From contig CAWHDF010000020.1 of the NCBI GenBank assembly GCA_963828105.1, forward strand, positions 17,392-81,391: a DNA stretch of 64,000 bases. The letters run 5' to 3'. The notes beneath the pieces are model-generated. The model worked only from the letters and a program-made list of their open reading frames with translations, ran no database searches and was not told the origin of the DNA. The position numbers and the translations under genes are program-made. This DNA comes from an uncultured Actinomycetota bacterium. GTDB taxonomy: Bacteria > Actinomycetota > Thermoleophilia > Gaiellales > Gaiellaceae. This document shows, in pieces, positions 18,214 through 27,716 of this stretch. Position 1 is the stretch's first letter, and every line of letters begins with the position of its first letter.

Positions 18214-20402
18214 GACGGCTGCGGCTCTGCGGTTGCGGGCTCCTGCTCGCGCTCCTCGCCGGAGCCGCCGGACTCGGGCTGAGCCGAGCGCTCCCCGCCG
18301 CTGCGGACACCGTCGGCACGACGACGACCTCCTCCTGTCCGAGCGCGAACCCACCCAACGAGCTCACGCTCGTCGCTGGCAGCCCGCAGACGGCACGTCT
18401 CGACGCCCCGTTCGGCGCCGCGTTCCAGGTTACGCTCGCCAACACGGACGGATGCCCCGTCACGACGACGGTTGCGGGCACGGCGATCAGCTTTAGTGCC
18501 CCGGCCACCGGGCCGAGCGGTGTCTTCTCCGCGAGCGGGTCGACCACGCTCGCCGTCGGCGCCGATGCGAGTGGGAGCGCCTCCGCGCAGGGTTTCGCCG
18601 CGAACGACCTCGCCGGCAGTTACACGCTCACAGCGAGCTCGGCCTACGGGTCGGTCGCGTTTTCGCTCACAAACAGTGCTGCCGGGGCTGCTGCCTCGCT
18701 CATCGCCGAAAAGCCCCTGCGAGAGGCCGCCTACATCGACTCCGGGTACAACCAGCCACTCCAGGTCGAGGTGCTCGACGCCAACGGCAACCCCGTCGAG
18801 GGCACCAACGTCACCTTTACGCTCGGCACCGGCGCCGGCGCACAGGGCTCTGCGGCCGCCGCCGGGGCGAGCTTTGCGGGTGGCGGCGCGGCGGCGACGG
18901 TGACGACGAACTCGCTCGGGCTCGCAACCTCGCCACCGCTCACGGCGAATGGCGAACCGGGGTTGTTCACCGCGACCGCGTCGACTCCCGGCGTGAGCGA
19001 TCCTGCGAGCTTCGACCTCGACAACGTCGCGACGGGCGCTCCCACACTGACGCTCAGTGGCGCCGCGCGGCGAAGCGCCGTCGCCGGAAACCGCTACCGG
19101 CTTCCGCTGCAGGTCACGGTGCGCGGCCCTTCCGGCGCACCAGCCGAGGGTGTCACGGTGACCTTCACGCTTGGCGTGGCGGGGGGCGCCGGCACCGCCG
19201 CCGCCGGCGCCACCTTCGCCGACGGCAGCACCCAGGCGACCGAGGTCACCGGTGCACGCGGCCGCGCAACCTCGCCGTTTTTCGTCGCGAACGACACCGC
19301 AGGCACGTTCACGGCGAGCATCTCCGTCAGCGGCAGAACGAACCCGTTGAGCGTCAGTCTCGACAATCTCGCCGCCGCAGCGCCGACCATCGCCGCGCTC
19401 GGTCCGACCGCCATGTCGGCGAAGGTCGATGCTCGCTACCGGCGCTCGCTCGGCGTGCGCGTGCTCTCCCATGACGGAAGGCCGCTGCTCGGGGTGACCG
19501 TGACGTTCACGCTCGGCGCGGCGGCCGGCGGCAACGGCGCCACGGGGGCGGGAGCGAGCTTCGCCAACGGCGCCAGCGAGGCGACAGAAACGACCGACAG
19601 CGACGGTGTCGCTCGCTCGCCTTACTTCACGGCGAACGCCACTCCAGGCACCTTCAGCGCGGCGGCGGCAGTCGCGAGCGTCACGAATCCGGCGACCTTC
19701 ACCCTCGACAATCTCGCTGTTCCACCCCCGACGCTTCGCCGCGTCGGGAGGGCGGATACCCGTGCGACGGTCGGCGAGAGCTACCGCACGCCGCTCCGCG
19801 TCAGGCTCCTCGACGCCGACGCGAAACCGCTCGCGGGCGTGACGGTGACCTTCGTGCTCGGCGTCGGAAGCGGCGCGGGCGCCGCCGCGGTCGCCGGCGC
19901 GAGCTTCGTCGGAGGAGGCGTGCAGGCGACGGCGACAACCGACTCGGCCGGCGTCGCAGTATCGCCGGGCTTTTCCGCCAACACCGTGGCCGGAGCGTTC
20001 GTTGCCGCCGCGTCGAGCACGGTGACTCCGCGAATCGTGCGCTTCCCGTTGCAGAACCTCGCCGGCAAGCCGGCCAAGATCACCGCAGGTGTTGCCGCGA
20101 GCGAGTCGACGCCGACCAGAACACACTTCCCGATCAGGCTCGCCGTCACCGTGACCGACGCCGACGGTAACCCTGTACCCGGTCTACTCGTCTCCTTCGC
20201 CGCCCCGGCGCACGGCCCGAGCGGGCGCTTCAGCGGCCGACGGCGGAGCCTCGAGGTGCGTACCAACGCCGACGGCATCGCTGTTGCGCCCGAATTCACC
20301 GCGAATGGCACCGTCGGCGGCTACATCGTCAAGGCGGTCGCCGCGCCTGCCGCACCGGCCGCGTTCGCGCTCGTCAACGAGCCGCGCGGACAGCCGACGT
20401 GA
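18210..20402 (+). CDS. Secreted Ig-repeat (Big_1/invasin-like) protein (paralog of 4230..6548)
   Basis: Signal peptide, the same repeat pattern and the same N-terminal Cys pair (SSCPSANPP...DGCPV). GTGA overlaps on both sides. Confidence 0.8.
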   Translation: MRRLRLCGCGLLLALLAGAAGLGLSRALPAAADTVGTTTTSSCPSANPPNELTLVAGSPQTARLDAPFGAAFQVTLANTDGCPVTTTVAGTAISFSAPATGPSGVFSASGSTTLAVGADASGSASAQGFAANDLAGSYTLTASSAYGSVAFSLTNSAAGAAASLIAEKPLREAAYIDSGYNQPLQVEVLDANGNPVEGTNVTFTLGTGAGAQGSAAAAGASFAGGGAAATVTTNSLGLATSPPLTANGEPGLFTATASTPGVSDPASFDLDNVATGAPTLTLSGAARRSAVAGNRYRLPLQVTVRGPSGAPAEGVTVTFTLGVAGGAGTAAAGATFADGSTQATEVTGARGRATSPFFVANDTAGTFTASISVSGRTNPLSVSLDNLAAAAPTIAALGPTAMSAKVDARYRRSLGVRVLSHDGRPLLGVTVTFTLGAAAGGNGATGAGASFANGASEATETTDSDGVARSPYFTANATPGTFSAAAAVASVTNPATFTLDNLAVPPPTLRRVGRADTRATVGESYRTPLRVRLLDADAKPLAGVTVTFVLGVGSGAGAAAVAGASFVGGGVQATATTDSAGVAVSPGFSANTVAGAFVAAASSTVTPRIVRFPLQNLAGKPAKITAGVAASESTPTRTHFPIRLAVTVTDADGNPVPGLLVSFAAPAHGPSGRFSGRRRSLEVRTNADGIAVAPEFTANGTVGGYIVKAVAAPAAPAAFALVNEPRGQPT

Positions 20403-21604
20403 GCGCGGCATCTCCGCTCGCGCGCAAGCGGCTTCATCCGGGCGACCTTGCGCGGGTCGCAAGCATCGGGGTCCGTACCCGACGGCTCCGGGCCGGCCTT
20501 TCGGCACTCGGGATCGCGATCGGCGTCGCTGCGATCGTCGCCGTCCTCGGTCTTTCGTCGTCCTCCCAGGCGGGGCTGCTGAGCGAGATCGACAAGCTCG
20601 GCACGAACCTGCTCACGGTGACGACGGGGCAGACACTCTTCGGTGCAACCTCCGAGCTGCCCCTCGCTGCCCCCGGCATGATCAGTCGCATCGGCCCGGT
20701 GACCGAGGTTGCGGACACCGGCTCGACGAGCGTGAACGTCTACCGCAGTCCGCTCATCCCGGCGGTCAACACGAACGCACTCGACGTCCAGGCCGCTTCG
20801 CTGTCGCTCCTTCCGGTCGTCGGCTCCACCGTTGCGCAGGGGAGCTACCTGAACGCCGCGACGGCGACCGAGCCCGTGTGTGTGCTCGGAGCGCAAGCCG
20901 CACAGCTGCTCGGAATCGACCGTGTCTACCCGGGTGAACGCGTCTGGCTCGGCGGGATGTGGTTCTACGTCACCGGGATCCTTACCTCCGCCGCGCTCGC
21001 CCCCGAGATCGACAGCTCCGTGCTCGTCGGCTTTCCCGCCGCCGAGAAGTACCTCGGGCTCGACGGGCATCCGACGACGATCTACGTACGCACGCTGCAA
21101 AGCCAGGTCGCGGCGGTGCAGGCGGTGCTCGCGGCGACCGCCAACCCGGAGTCGCCGAGCGGGGTCGACGTCAGCCAGCCCTCGGATGTGCTGACCGCGC
21201 GAGCCGACGCCCAGGGCGCGCTCAACGGGCTCTTCCTCGGTCTGGGTGCAGTCTCGCTCCTCGTCGGTGCGGTTGGGGTCGCCAACATCATGATCATCAG
21301 CGTGCTCGAGCGCCGTTCCGAGATCGGCCTGCGCCGCGCGCTCGGCGCGACGAAGGGGCACATTCGCACCCAGTTCCTCGCCGAGGCGATCCTGCTCGCG
21401 CTGCTCGGCGGCGTAGCCGGCGTCACACTCGGCATCCTCGCGACCACCGTCTACGCACACACCAAACACTGGGCGACCGTCATCCCCACGCTTGCCTGGG
21501 CGGGAGGGCTAGCGGCGGCGTTCGCAATCGGCGCGATCGCAGGTCTCCTGCCCGCGATCCGCGCGGCGAGGCTCTCACCCACCGACGCTCTCCGGACGGT
21601 CTGA
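20399..21604 (+). CDS. ABC transporter permease, MacB/FtsX-type (paralog of 6545..7750)
   Basis: Collinear with copy 1 and near-identical over long stretches by eye. Confidence 0.9.
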   Translation: MSAASPLARKRLHPGDLARVASIGVRTRRLRAGLSALGIAIGVAAIVAVLGLSSSSQAGLLSEIDKLGTNLLTVTTGQTLFGATSELPLAAPGMISRIGPVTEVADTGSTSVNVYRSPLIPAVNTNALDVQAASLSLLPVVGSTVAQGSYLNAATATEPVCVLGAQAAQLLGIDRVYPGERVWLGGMWFYVTGILTSAALAPEIDSSVLVGFPAAEKYLGLDGHPTTIYVRTLQSQVAAVQAVLAATANPESPSGVDVSQPSDVLTARADAQGALNGLFLGLGAVSLLVGAVGVANIMIISVLERRSEIGLRRALGATKGHIRTQFLAEAILLALLGGVAGVTLGILATTVYAHTKHWATVIPTLAWAGGLAAAFAIGAIAGLLPAIRAARLSPTDALRTV

Positions 21605-21633
21605 GCGGGCCTTCTTCGGCCCTGTCGCCGCGT

Positions 21634-23484
21634 TCAGGCGATCGCGAGCGCCTGCACGGGTCTCGGAGTCGAGCCCTCGAGCGAGAGCGCGACAAGTGCC
21701 TCGACGACGTCAGGGTCGAACTGGATGCCGCTGCAGCGCTCGATCTCGGCCAGTGCCTCTTCGTGCGAGATCCGGTTGCGGTAGATGCGGTCGGTCGTCA
21801 TCGCCTGGTAGGCGTCGGCCACGAAGAGGATGCGTGATCCGATCGGGATCGCCTCTCCACGGAGGCCGCTCGGATACCCCAGACCGTCCCAACGCTCGTG
21901 ATGGTGCAGCACCCAGCTCGCGACCGGATCGATCCCGAGCGAGGAGAGCATGCGGTAGCCGATCTCGGAGTGGGTCTTGATCACCTGTCGTTCGCCGCTG
22001 TTGAGCGGCGCGGGCTTGCAGAGCACCTCTTCGGCGATCGCAAGCTTGCCGAGGTCGTGCACACGTCCCGCCAGGCGGATCAGCTCGACCTCCTCGCTCG
22101 AAAGCCCGAGTGCCGCCGCCAGGCGTGCCGCCAGTGCCCCGACGGCTTCCGAATGGTCGCCCGTGTACGCGTCTCTCACCTCGAGCGCGCGTGCGAGGCA
22201 CGAGGCGGCGTTGAGGCGAGCCCGCCTATCCGCCTGTTCGGCCACGCGTCGTTCCGAGAGTTCGATCACGTCAGGCTTGTAGACGCGGACGGCGTTCTTG
22301 CCTGACGCCTTTGCGCTGTACAGCGCGCGGTCGGCGGCGCGGACGAGCGCCCCGCGTTCGATGCTGGGCGCCGGGTAGCTCGCGATCCCAACCGACACCG
22401 TCGAGGTCATCGTGGCTTCTCGCGTCAGCGACGTGAACCCGGTCACGATCCCCGCGACGGTCGCCAGCGCCTGCTCGTCCCGGCCGCCCGGGAGGAGCAG
22501 CGCAAACTCGTCGCCGCCGAGCCGGAAGCCTTCTCCCGCGTTGCGGATGCAGTCGGCAAGCTCGGCCAGCACGCGGTCGCCGGACGGATGCCCGTGGCTG
22601 TCGTTGATCGCCTTGAACTCGTCGAGGTCGAGCACGCAGAGGCTGAAGGGAAGCCCGCTCTCGTCGCTCTCGTCGAGCAGCCGTTCGAGACGGTCGCGGA
22701 AGCGGCGGTAGTTTCCGAGGCCGGTGAGCGAGTCGGTGAGCGCGAGTTCGAGCGCCAGCCGTTCGCCGTTCGCCGAGCGCTGGTAGAGGGCGATGGCAAG
22801 CAACGGGCCGAGCAGGGTCACCGAGAGGATCGGCGAGCGCTGCCAGAGACCGGCAAGCATCAGACAGACCGAGAACATGATCGCGAACGCGAGTACCGTC
22901 GAGCTCACCGCCTGTGCGAGCACCGCGACGAAGCCCTGCCGCGTCGCACAAGCGATAACCGCAGCGACGAGAACCACGTTGAAGACGTAGAACGCCACCG
23001 AGCCGGCGAGCACGTCGACGATCAGCCAGCGGACGTCTGCGCTGTGGGGAGCACAATGTGCGGCAAGCCCGGCGGCGCCGGCGGCGAGCCCGTAGGTCGC
23101 GCAGTTGTAGATGAGCTTTTCCGCGGGCCGACGCTGGGCGAGCTCAAACAGCCCACGAGTGGCGCACGCGATCAGTACCGCTGGCGCCCATCCGTCCAGG
23201 TAGCCGGCCGCCACGATGAACACGGCGGCCAGCGAGACCCCGCCCGCCTTGACGCCCGTGATCGGGACCGGGAAGCGCTCGGCCAGCAGCGCGGCGCACA
23301 AGAGAAAACCGATCCCGGCCCAGGCCTCGCCGCTGAACGAGGACCGCGCGAGCTCCGCGAGCGCGAGCGCCGCGCTCACGGCACCGGTGGTGCCGACCAC
23401 GCCGATGAGCAGCGGGAGCCGGGAGAAGCGGCTTGTAAGCCGCTCCTCCGGCCCCGGTCGCGCCGGTTGCTTCATAGAACGCAC
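21634..23484 (-). CDS. Multi-TM signalling protein with GGDEF and HD-GYP domains (c-di-GMP turnover)
   Basis: N-terminal hydrophobic region of about 7 TMs. RLGGDEFALLLPG (GGDEF). HDLGKLAI and HHERWDGLGYPSGL (HD-GYP). Confidence 0.9.
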   Translation of the reverse strand: MRSMKQPARPGPEERLTSRFSRLPLLIGVVGTTGAVSAALALAELARSSFSGEAWAGIGFLLCAALLAERFPVPITGVKAGGVSLAAVFIVAAGYLDGWAPAVLIACATRGLFELAQRRPAEKLIYNCATYGLAAGAAGLAAHCAPHSADVRWLIVDVLAGSVAFYVFNVVLVAAVIACATRQGFVAVLAQAVSSTVLAFAIMFSVCLMLAGLWQRSPILSVTLLGPLLAIALYQRSANGERLALELALTDSLTGLGNYRRFRDRLERLLDESDESGLPFSLCVLDLDEFKAINDSHGHPSGDRVLAELADCIRNAGEGFRLGGDEFALLLPGGRDEQALATVAGIVTGFTSLTREATMTSTVSVGIASYPAPSIERGALVRAADRALYSAKASGKNAVRVYKPDVIELSERRVAEQADRRARLNAASCLARALEVRDAYTGDHSEAVGALAARLAAALGLSSEEVELIRLAGRVHDLGKLAIAEEVLCKPAPLNSGERQVIKTHSEIGYRMLSSLGIDPVASWVLHHHERWDGLGYPSGLRGEAIPIGSRILFVADAYQAMTTDRIYRNRISHEEALAEIERCSGIQFDPDVVEALVALSLEGSTPRPVQALAIA

Positions 23485-23506
23485 AGCCGCTCGGCGCGCC
23501 TACCTA

Positions 23507-23620
23507 CTACAAGCCGGCAGAGACGATGTCCCAGTGGATCGCGCCACCGGTCGCCGCGATTGCGGCAGCGAGCACGACAAGGCCGAGTAGCGCGAAAGGT
23601 CGCTTGTTCCAGTGAATCAT
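23507..23620 (-). CDS. 37-aa single-TM micro-protein immediately upstream of the GGDEF/HD-GYP gene
   Basis: My own translation gives MIHWNKRPFALLGLVVLAAAIAATGGAIHWDIVSAGL*. A GGAGGCACC RBS lies 5 nt before the ATG. It ends 22 nt before the next gene start and is below the ORF-track size cut-off. Confidence 0.45.
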   Translation of the reverse strand: MIHWNKRPFALLGLVVLAAAIAATGGAIHWDIVSAGL

Positions 23621-23821
23621 CGTTAGGTGCCTCCGTAGTTCTTGCAGGACAGTTGACCCGCTAGTTCTGCGCCATTTGCAGGAGCGCAGAAACCCCCGTA
23701 GGGGGTAGCCCCGGGTGGCGGGCGGCTAGGCTCTTTACCAAGGCTGTCCGGGCCTCGCGAGCGCCCGCTCGCGTGTCTGTGCGCCCCGCCGGATCGCCTC
23801 TCGGCGCGCCGCGCAGCCGGC

Positions 23822-25096
23822 ATGAACACCGAGCCTCGAGGAGGGGTGACCTCGGTCCGGAAGGAAACACACAGCGGAGGAACCCGGCTCGGGCGGCTGC
23901 TTCCGCCACCGGGGCCACGGCGTACCTATCTGGTGCTTTCCGCGATCGACGCGCTAGGCACCGGCATGTTCGTGCCGATCAGCGTGCTCTTCCTGACGCG
24001 CAGCGTCGGCTTGCCCTTGGTGCAGGTCGGGCTCGGCCTGACGATCGCCGGCGCGGTCGCCGTCGTCGCGACGCCGCTCTCGGGACACCTGGGCGACCGT
24101 TACGACGCCCGCATTCTTGCTGCGATCGGCTACGCGACCTGTGCGGCCGGGTTCGCGGCGTATACGCAGGTGCGCTCGTTCGCGGTCTTCGTGGTGCTCG
24201 CGGTGGTGATCGGGGCGTTCGCTCAGCTCGCGTCTTCGGCCCGCAAGCTCATCGCCGTCGGGCTCACCGAGGGCGGGGAGCGGCTCGCGCTCCTGGCTTA
24301 CGAGCGTTCGACCCGGAACGCCGGCTACGGGCTCGGCGGCCTGCTCGCGAGTCTCGCGCTCGTGAGCGGCGCGCGGGAGGGGTATGTCGCGATTCTGCTT
24401 GCGAACGCCGCTTCCTACGCCGCCGGCGCGGTGCTGCTCCTGCGCATGCCGGCGCCGACCCGGCCGCCGCAGATGACCGACGGGGGCGGCGGGTATCGTG
24501 CCGTCCTCCGTGACCGGCCGTACGTGACGCTCGCGGCGCTGAGCGGGCTTCTGGGAGCCAACGATTCGTTGCTCAAGATCGCGCTGCCGCTCTGGATCGT
24601 GCGCCGGACGACCGTCTCGCCCGCACTCGTGGGCATCTACTTCGCACTCAACACTGCGCTTGTGGTCGGGCTCCAGGTGCGCACGAGCCGTGCTGCGGCA
24701 GGTGTCCGCGGCGCGGCGCGGGCGTACCTGCGTGGGGCCGTGGCGCTGGCGGTCTGCTGTGGACTCTTTGCCGCGACGGTCGGAATCGCGAGTGTCTTCG
24801 CCGCCCTCGTGTTGGGGCTCGCGATCGTTGCGCTCACCGCCGGCGAGATGCTCGTCTCGGCGGCGCAGTGGGGCGTGTCGATCGAGTTGCTACGCGAGAG
24901 TCTCCGCGGCCGCTACCTCGGCGTCTTCGCGACGGCGACCTCGATCCAGAGCGCGGCCGGCCCCGTCGCGGTCACCGTCGCGCTCGTTGACGGTGGCGAA
25001 TGGGGTTGGCTCGGGCTCGCGCTTTTCTTCGTCATGGTCGGCGTTGCGGCACGCCGCGTCGCGCTTCTCGCCGCCGGACGTCAACGCCCGGGCTGA
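23822..25096 (+). CDS. MFS transporter
   Basis: About 12 hydrophobic segments with typical MFS length and composition. The exact start is uncertain. Confidence 0.8.
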   Translation: MNTEPRGGVTSVRKETHSGGTRLGRLLPPPGPRRTYLVLSAIDALGTGMFVPISVLFLTRSVGLPLVQVGLGLTIAGAVAVVATPLSGHLGDRYDARILAAIGYATCAAGFAAYTQVRSFAVFVVLAVVIGAFAQLASSARKLIAVGLTEGGERLALLAYERSTRNAGYGLGGLLASLALVSGAREGYVAILLANAASYAAGAVLLLRMPAPTRPPQMTDGGGGYRAVLRDRPYVTLAALSGLLGANDSLLKIALPLWIVRRTTVSPALVGIYFALNTALVVGLQVRTSRAAAGVRGAARAYLRGAVALAVCCGLFAATVGIASVFAALVLGLAIVALTAGEMLVSAAQWGVSIELLRESLRGRYLGVFATATSIQSAAGPVAVTVALVDGGEWGWLGLALFFVMVGVAARRVALLAAGRQRPG

Positions 25097-25240
25097 GCGT
25101 GCCTCGTTGCCGAGGCGTGCGCGCCATCGAGGAGATACTTGCGCTGGCATACAATTGGAGTATACTTGCTACCGCAAGTAGTGTGAAACGTGCGGGTGAG
25201 CCTGCGCGAGCGACGGCCCCGTGCGGGGAAAGGAGTGAAC

Positions 25241-26176
25241 GTGACGGCATCGCCAGTTCCAGAGCGCCCGCCAGTGTTCGACCCCCAGGTCGAGCGCAGG
25301 GACGACATCACCTATGGCGCGGTTCATCTCGACGTGGCCGACATCGAGCGGTCCCTTCCTTTCTGGCGCGATGCGGTCGGCCTGCAGGTGCTCGCCTCGC
25401 CTGACGGAACGACGAACCTCGGCGTGCCGGGCCGCACACTCATCGTGCTGCATCCCGGGGCACGCTTCCCGGCCGGCCGCGGAACCGCGGGGCTCTATCA
25501 CGTCGCTATCCACGTGGCCGATGCGGTCGAGTTCGCACGCGTGCTCGCACGCCTGCAGCTCGCGGGCGTCCCGCAGTCGCCGACCGACCATGTCTTCTCG
25601 AAGGCGACTTACCTACGCGATCCGGACGGGATCATGCTCGAGTTGACGCTCGAGACCCCGGAGCGGTTTGGCAGCATCGAGCTCAGTCCGACGAGCGTCG
25701 TGGTTCGGGACAACGAGGGCCGACGGCGCAACCCCACCGAAGCCCTCGACCTCGAGTCTGCGCTTCGGCCGCTCGCCGATCACGATCCGCGCGGGCCGCT
25801 CGCGGCGGGCAGCTTTGTCGGCCACGTCCATCTCCACGTCCCACAGTTGCCGGATGCCTTCGCGTTCTATCGCGAGGTGCTCGGCTTCAGTGAGCACGCC
25901 TACATGGAGTCGATCGGGATGGCCGATCTGAGCGCAGGCGGGGTCTTTCCCCACCGGCTCGCACTCAACAACTGGCAGGGACCGACGGCGCGCCAGCCGC
26001 AGCCGGGTACCGCAGGGCTGCGGCACTTCGAGCTCGTGCTGCGCGAGCAGTCCGCGTTCGACGCACTGCGCACGCGCGTCGGCGATCCGCCACTCGACTC
26101 CGAGACCGCTTCGGTGCTCCTTGACGATCCCGCCGGCAACACGATCGCCGTGCGCGCACGCGGGGCGACGCCCTGA
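25241..26176 (+). CDS. Two-domain VOC (glyoxalase / extradiol dioxygenase-like) family protein
   Basis: VHLDVADIERSLPFWRDAVGLQV and GLYHVAIHV in the first half, HVHLHVPQLPDAFAFYREVLGF in the second. GGAAAGGAG RBS before GTG 25241. Confidence 0.75.
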   Translation: MTASPVPERPPVFDPQVERRDDITYGAVHLDVADIERSLPFWRDAVGLQVLASPDGTTNLGVPGRTLIVLHPGARFPAGRGTAGLYHVAIHVADAVEFARVLARLQLAGVPQSPTDHVFSKATYLRDPDGIMLELTLETPERFGSIELSPTSVVVRDNEGRRRNPTEALDLESALRPLADHDPRGPLAAGSFVGHVHLHVPQLPDAFAFYREVLGFSEHAYMESIGMADLSAGGVFPHRLALNNWQGPTARQPQPGTAGLRHFELVLREQSAFDALRTRVGDPPLDSETASVLLDDPAGNTIAVRARGATP

Positions 26177-26217
26177 GCACGCAGCGGGCTGCGGGCGTAT
26201 CCCGGTCGGCCGCAACC

Positions 26218-26727
26218 GTGCGCAACGCCCGCGTGCTCAACGTCGCGGCTCGCGCGACACACATGATGGGTGCCGAGGCATCCGAGGCATCTGGGGCCTG
26301 GGCGCCCGAGCAAGCGCTCGCCTGGGAGGGGCTCCTCGAGGTGTCACGCCTCCTTCGCCGCGGTGCCGAGAGCGTGCTCGAGCGCGACGAGCTGAGCGTC
26401 AGCATGCTCGGCATCCTCGGGCGGCTGCTGCTCGCCGAGCGGCGAACGCTCCGTCAGACCGAGCTGGCGGAGGCGATGGGGCTCAGCCTCAGCCGCGTTT
26501 CGCGCGTGCTCGACCTACTCGAGCGCCGCGCTCTCGTCGAGCGGAAGACGTGCCCGACCGACGCGCGCGCGTCGAACGTGACCCTCACTGCCGGCGGCGC
26601 TCGCCGCGCCACGCGCGCGCAGGCGCAGCTCTTCGAGTACGTCCAGCGGGCGTACTACGACAGGCTCTCGGCTGACGAGCGGAGCGTTCTGAGCGCCGTC
26701 TTCACGCGCCTGCTCGCCGGCGTCTGA
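26218..26727 (+). CDS. MarR-family transcriptional regulator
   Basis: wHTH segment LRQTELAEAMGLSLSRVSRVLDLLERRALVERKTCPTDARASNVTLT. Confidence 0.85.
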   Translation: MRNARVLNVAARATHMMGAEASEASGAWAPEQALAWEGLLEVSRLLRRGAESVLERDELSVSMLGILGRLLLAERRTLRQTELAEAMGLSLSRVSRVLDLLERRALVERKTCPTDARASNVTLTAGGARRATRAQAQLFEYVQRAYYDRLSADERSVLSAVFTRLLAGV

Positions 26728-26811
26728 AGGGCGCCGCCTGGCACGGCAGGCGGTCTCGGCGGAGCGTCGTGGTGACGTCGTTTGGTCAGGTCAGCTCTAC
26801 ACCGTTCGCTG

Positions 26812-27636
26812 TCAGGGCGCGTGCTCGCGGATCGTCTGCCACGAATCCCAGCTGATCTTGAGGATCACGAGCGTGATCGCGAGGCCGATCAGTGGGTCTG
26901 CGAGGCGCAGCCCGAGCCCGACGGCGGCAGCGCTTACGAGCACGCCGAGTGAAACGAAGGCGTCGATGCGCGCGTGCTGCCCGTCGGCGATCAGCGCCCG
27001 GCTTGAAAGCCTTCGGCCGCCGCGGAGGCGAACCCGGGCCGCAAGCTCGTTGCCGAGGAACCCGACCGCCCCTGCGGCCGCTAGCACCCAGAGACGACTC
27101 AGCGCCTCCGGGTGGACGAGACGGTCGATCGTCTCGTAGAGCGCAACGAGCGCGCTGATCAGGATTGCGCCGACAACCGCGAGCCCGGCAAGGCGCTCGG
27201 CGCGGGCGGAGCGGAGATAGAAGGCAGCCCCGAGCGGGAGCGCCGTGAGGCTGTCGCCGTAGTTGTGAATGAGGTCTGCGAGCAACGCGACGCTTCCGGT
27301 CGTCAAAAAGATGACCGTCTGTGCGCCGGCCGCGCCCAGCAGAATCAGCAGGCTGATCGAGACGGCTCTGACGCCTTCGCGGGACTCGACGATGCTGCGG
27401 TCGACGAGGCCGTGGGTATGTCCGTGCCCCGCAGCAGCTGAGCTTTCGTGCTCGTGCTCGTGCTCGTGCCCGTGCCCGTGGATCCCCGAATGCAGATGCG
27501 CGTGGCCGTGCTCGGCGCTTGCGGCGAGCACGCGCGACTGCCGCGGGAGGAGCAGGTGGCGATGCGCCCCCGCGAAGGGGTGGGTGTGCACCGCGGCTCC
27601 GTGACGATGCCAGCCGTCGGCGTTGGGGCCGCTCAC
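26812..27636 (-). CDS. Cation diffusion facilitator (CDF) transporter, short form with His-rich N-terminus
   Basis: HGHAHLHSGIHGHGHEHEHEHE...GHGHTHG tail. TM core with SVALLADLIHNYGDS and ALIADGQHARIDAF motifs. It ends right after TM6, so no C-terminal cytoplasmic domain is visible. The start at in-frame GTG 27636 is tentative. Confidence 0.75.
   Translation of the reverse strand: MSGPNADGWHRHGAAVHTHPFAGAHRHLLLPRQSRVLAASAEHGHAHLHSGIHGHGHEHEHEHESSAAAGHGHTHGLVDRSIVESREGVRAVSISLLILLGAAGAQTVIFLTTGSVALLADLIHNYGDSLTALPLGAAFYLRSARAERLAGLAVVGAILISALVALYETIDRLVHPEALSRLWVLAAAGAVGFLGNELAARVRLRGGRRLSSRALIADGQHARIDAFVSLGVLVSAAAVGLGLRLADPLIGLAITLVILKISWDSWQTIREHAP
27447..27480. repeat. Hexanucleotide tandem repeat (CGTGCT x3, CGTGCC x2) encoding the (His-Glu)n/(His-Gly)n tract of the CDF
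   Basis: cgtgctcgtgctcgtgctcgtgcccgtgcccgtg read directly from the sequence. Confidence 0.8.
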
Positions 27637-27716
27637 AGAGCCAACGTAGCCGATCGCCGCGACGTTCTCGGGGCCTCGAGGGCCGCCTGGCCCGCACGCG
27701 CCGAGCGGGGCGGGCC

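Noticed and set aside
1262-21604. The duplicated cassettes considered as a composite transposon or other mobile element.
   Set aside because: No transposase, integrase or recombinase gene, and no terminal inverted or direct repeats at the cassette boundaries that I could see. The copies are diverged paralogs rather than identical insertions.
23690-23710. Hairpin CCCCC-TAC-GGGGG (minus strand) considered as a guanidine-II (mini-ykkC) hairpin.
   Set aside because: Only one such hairpin is present, the loop is not a clean ACGR tetraloop, and no second partner hairpin exists at the expected spacing.
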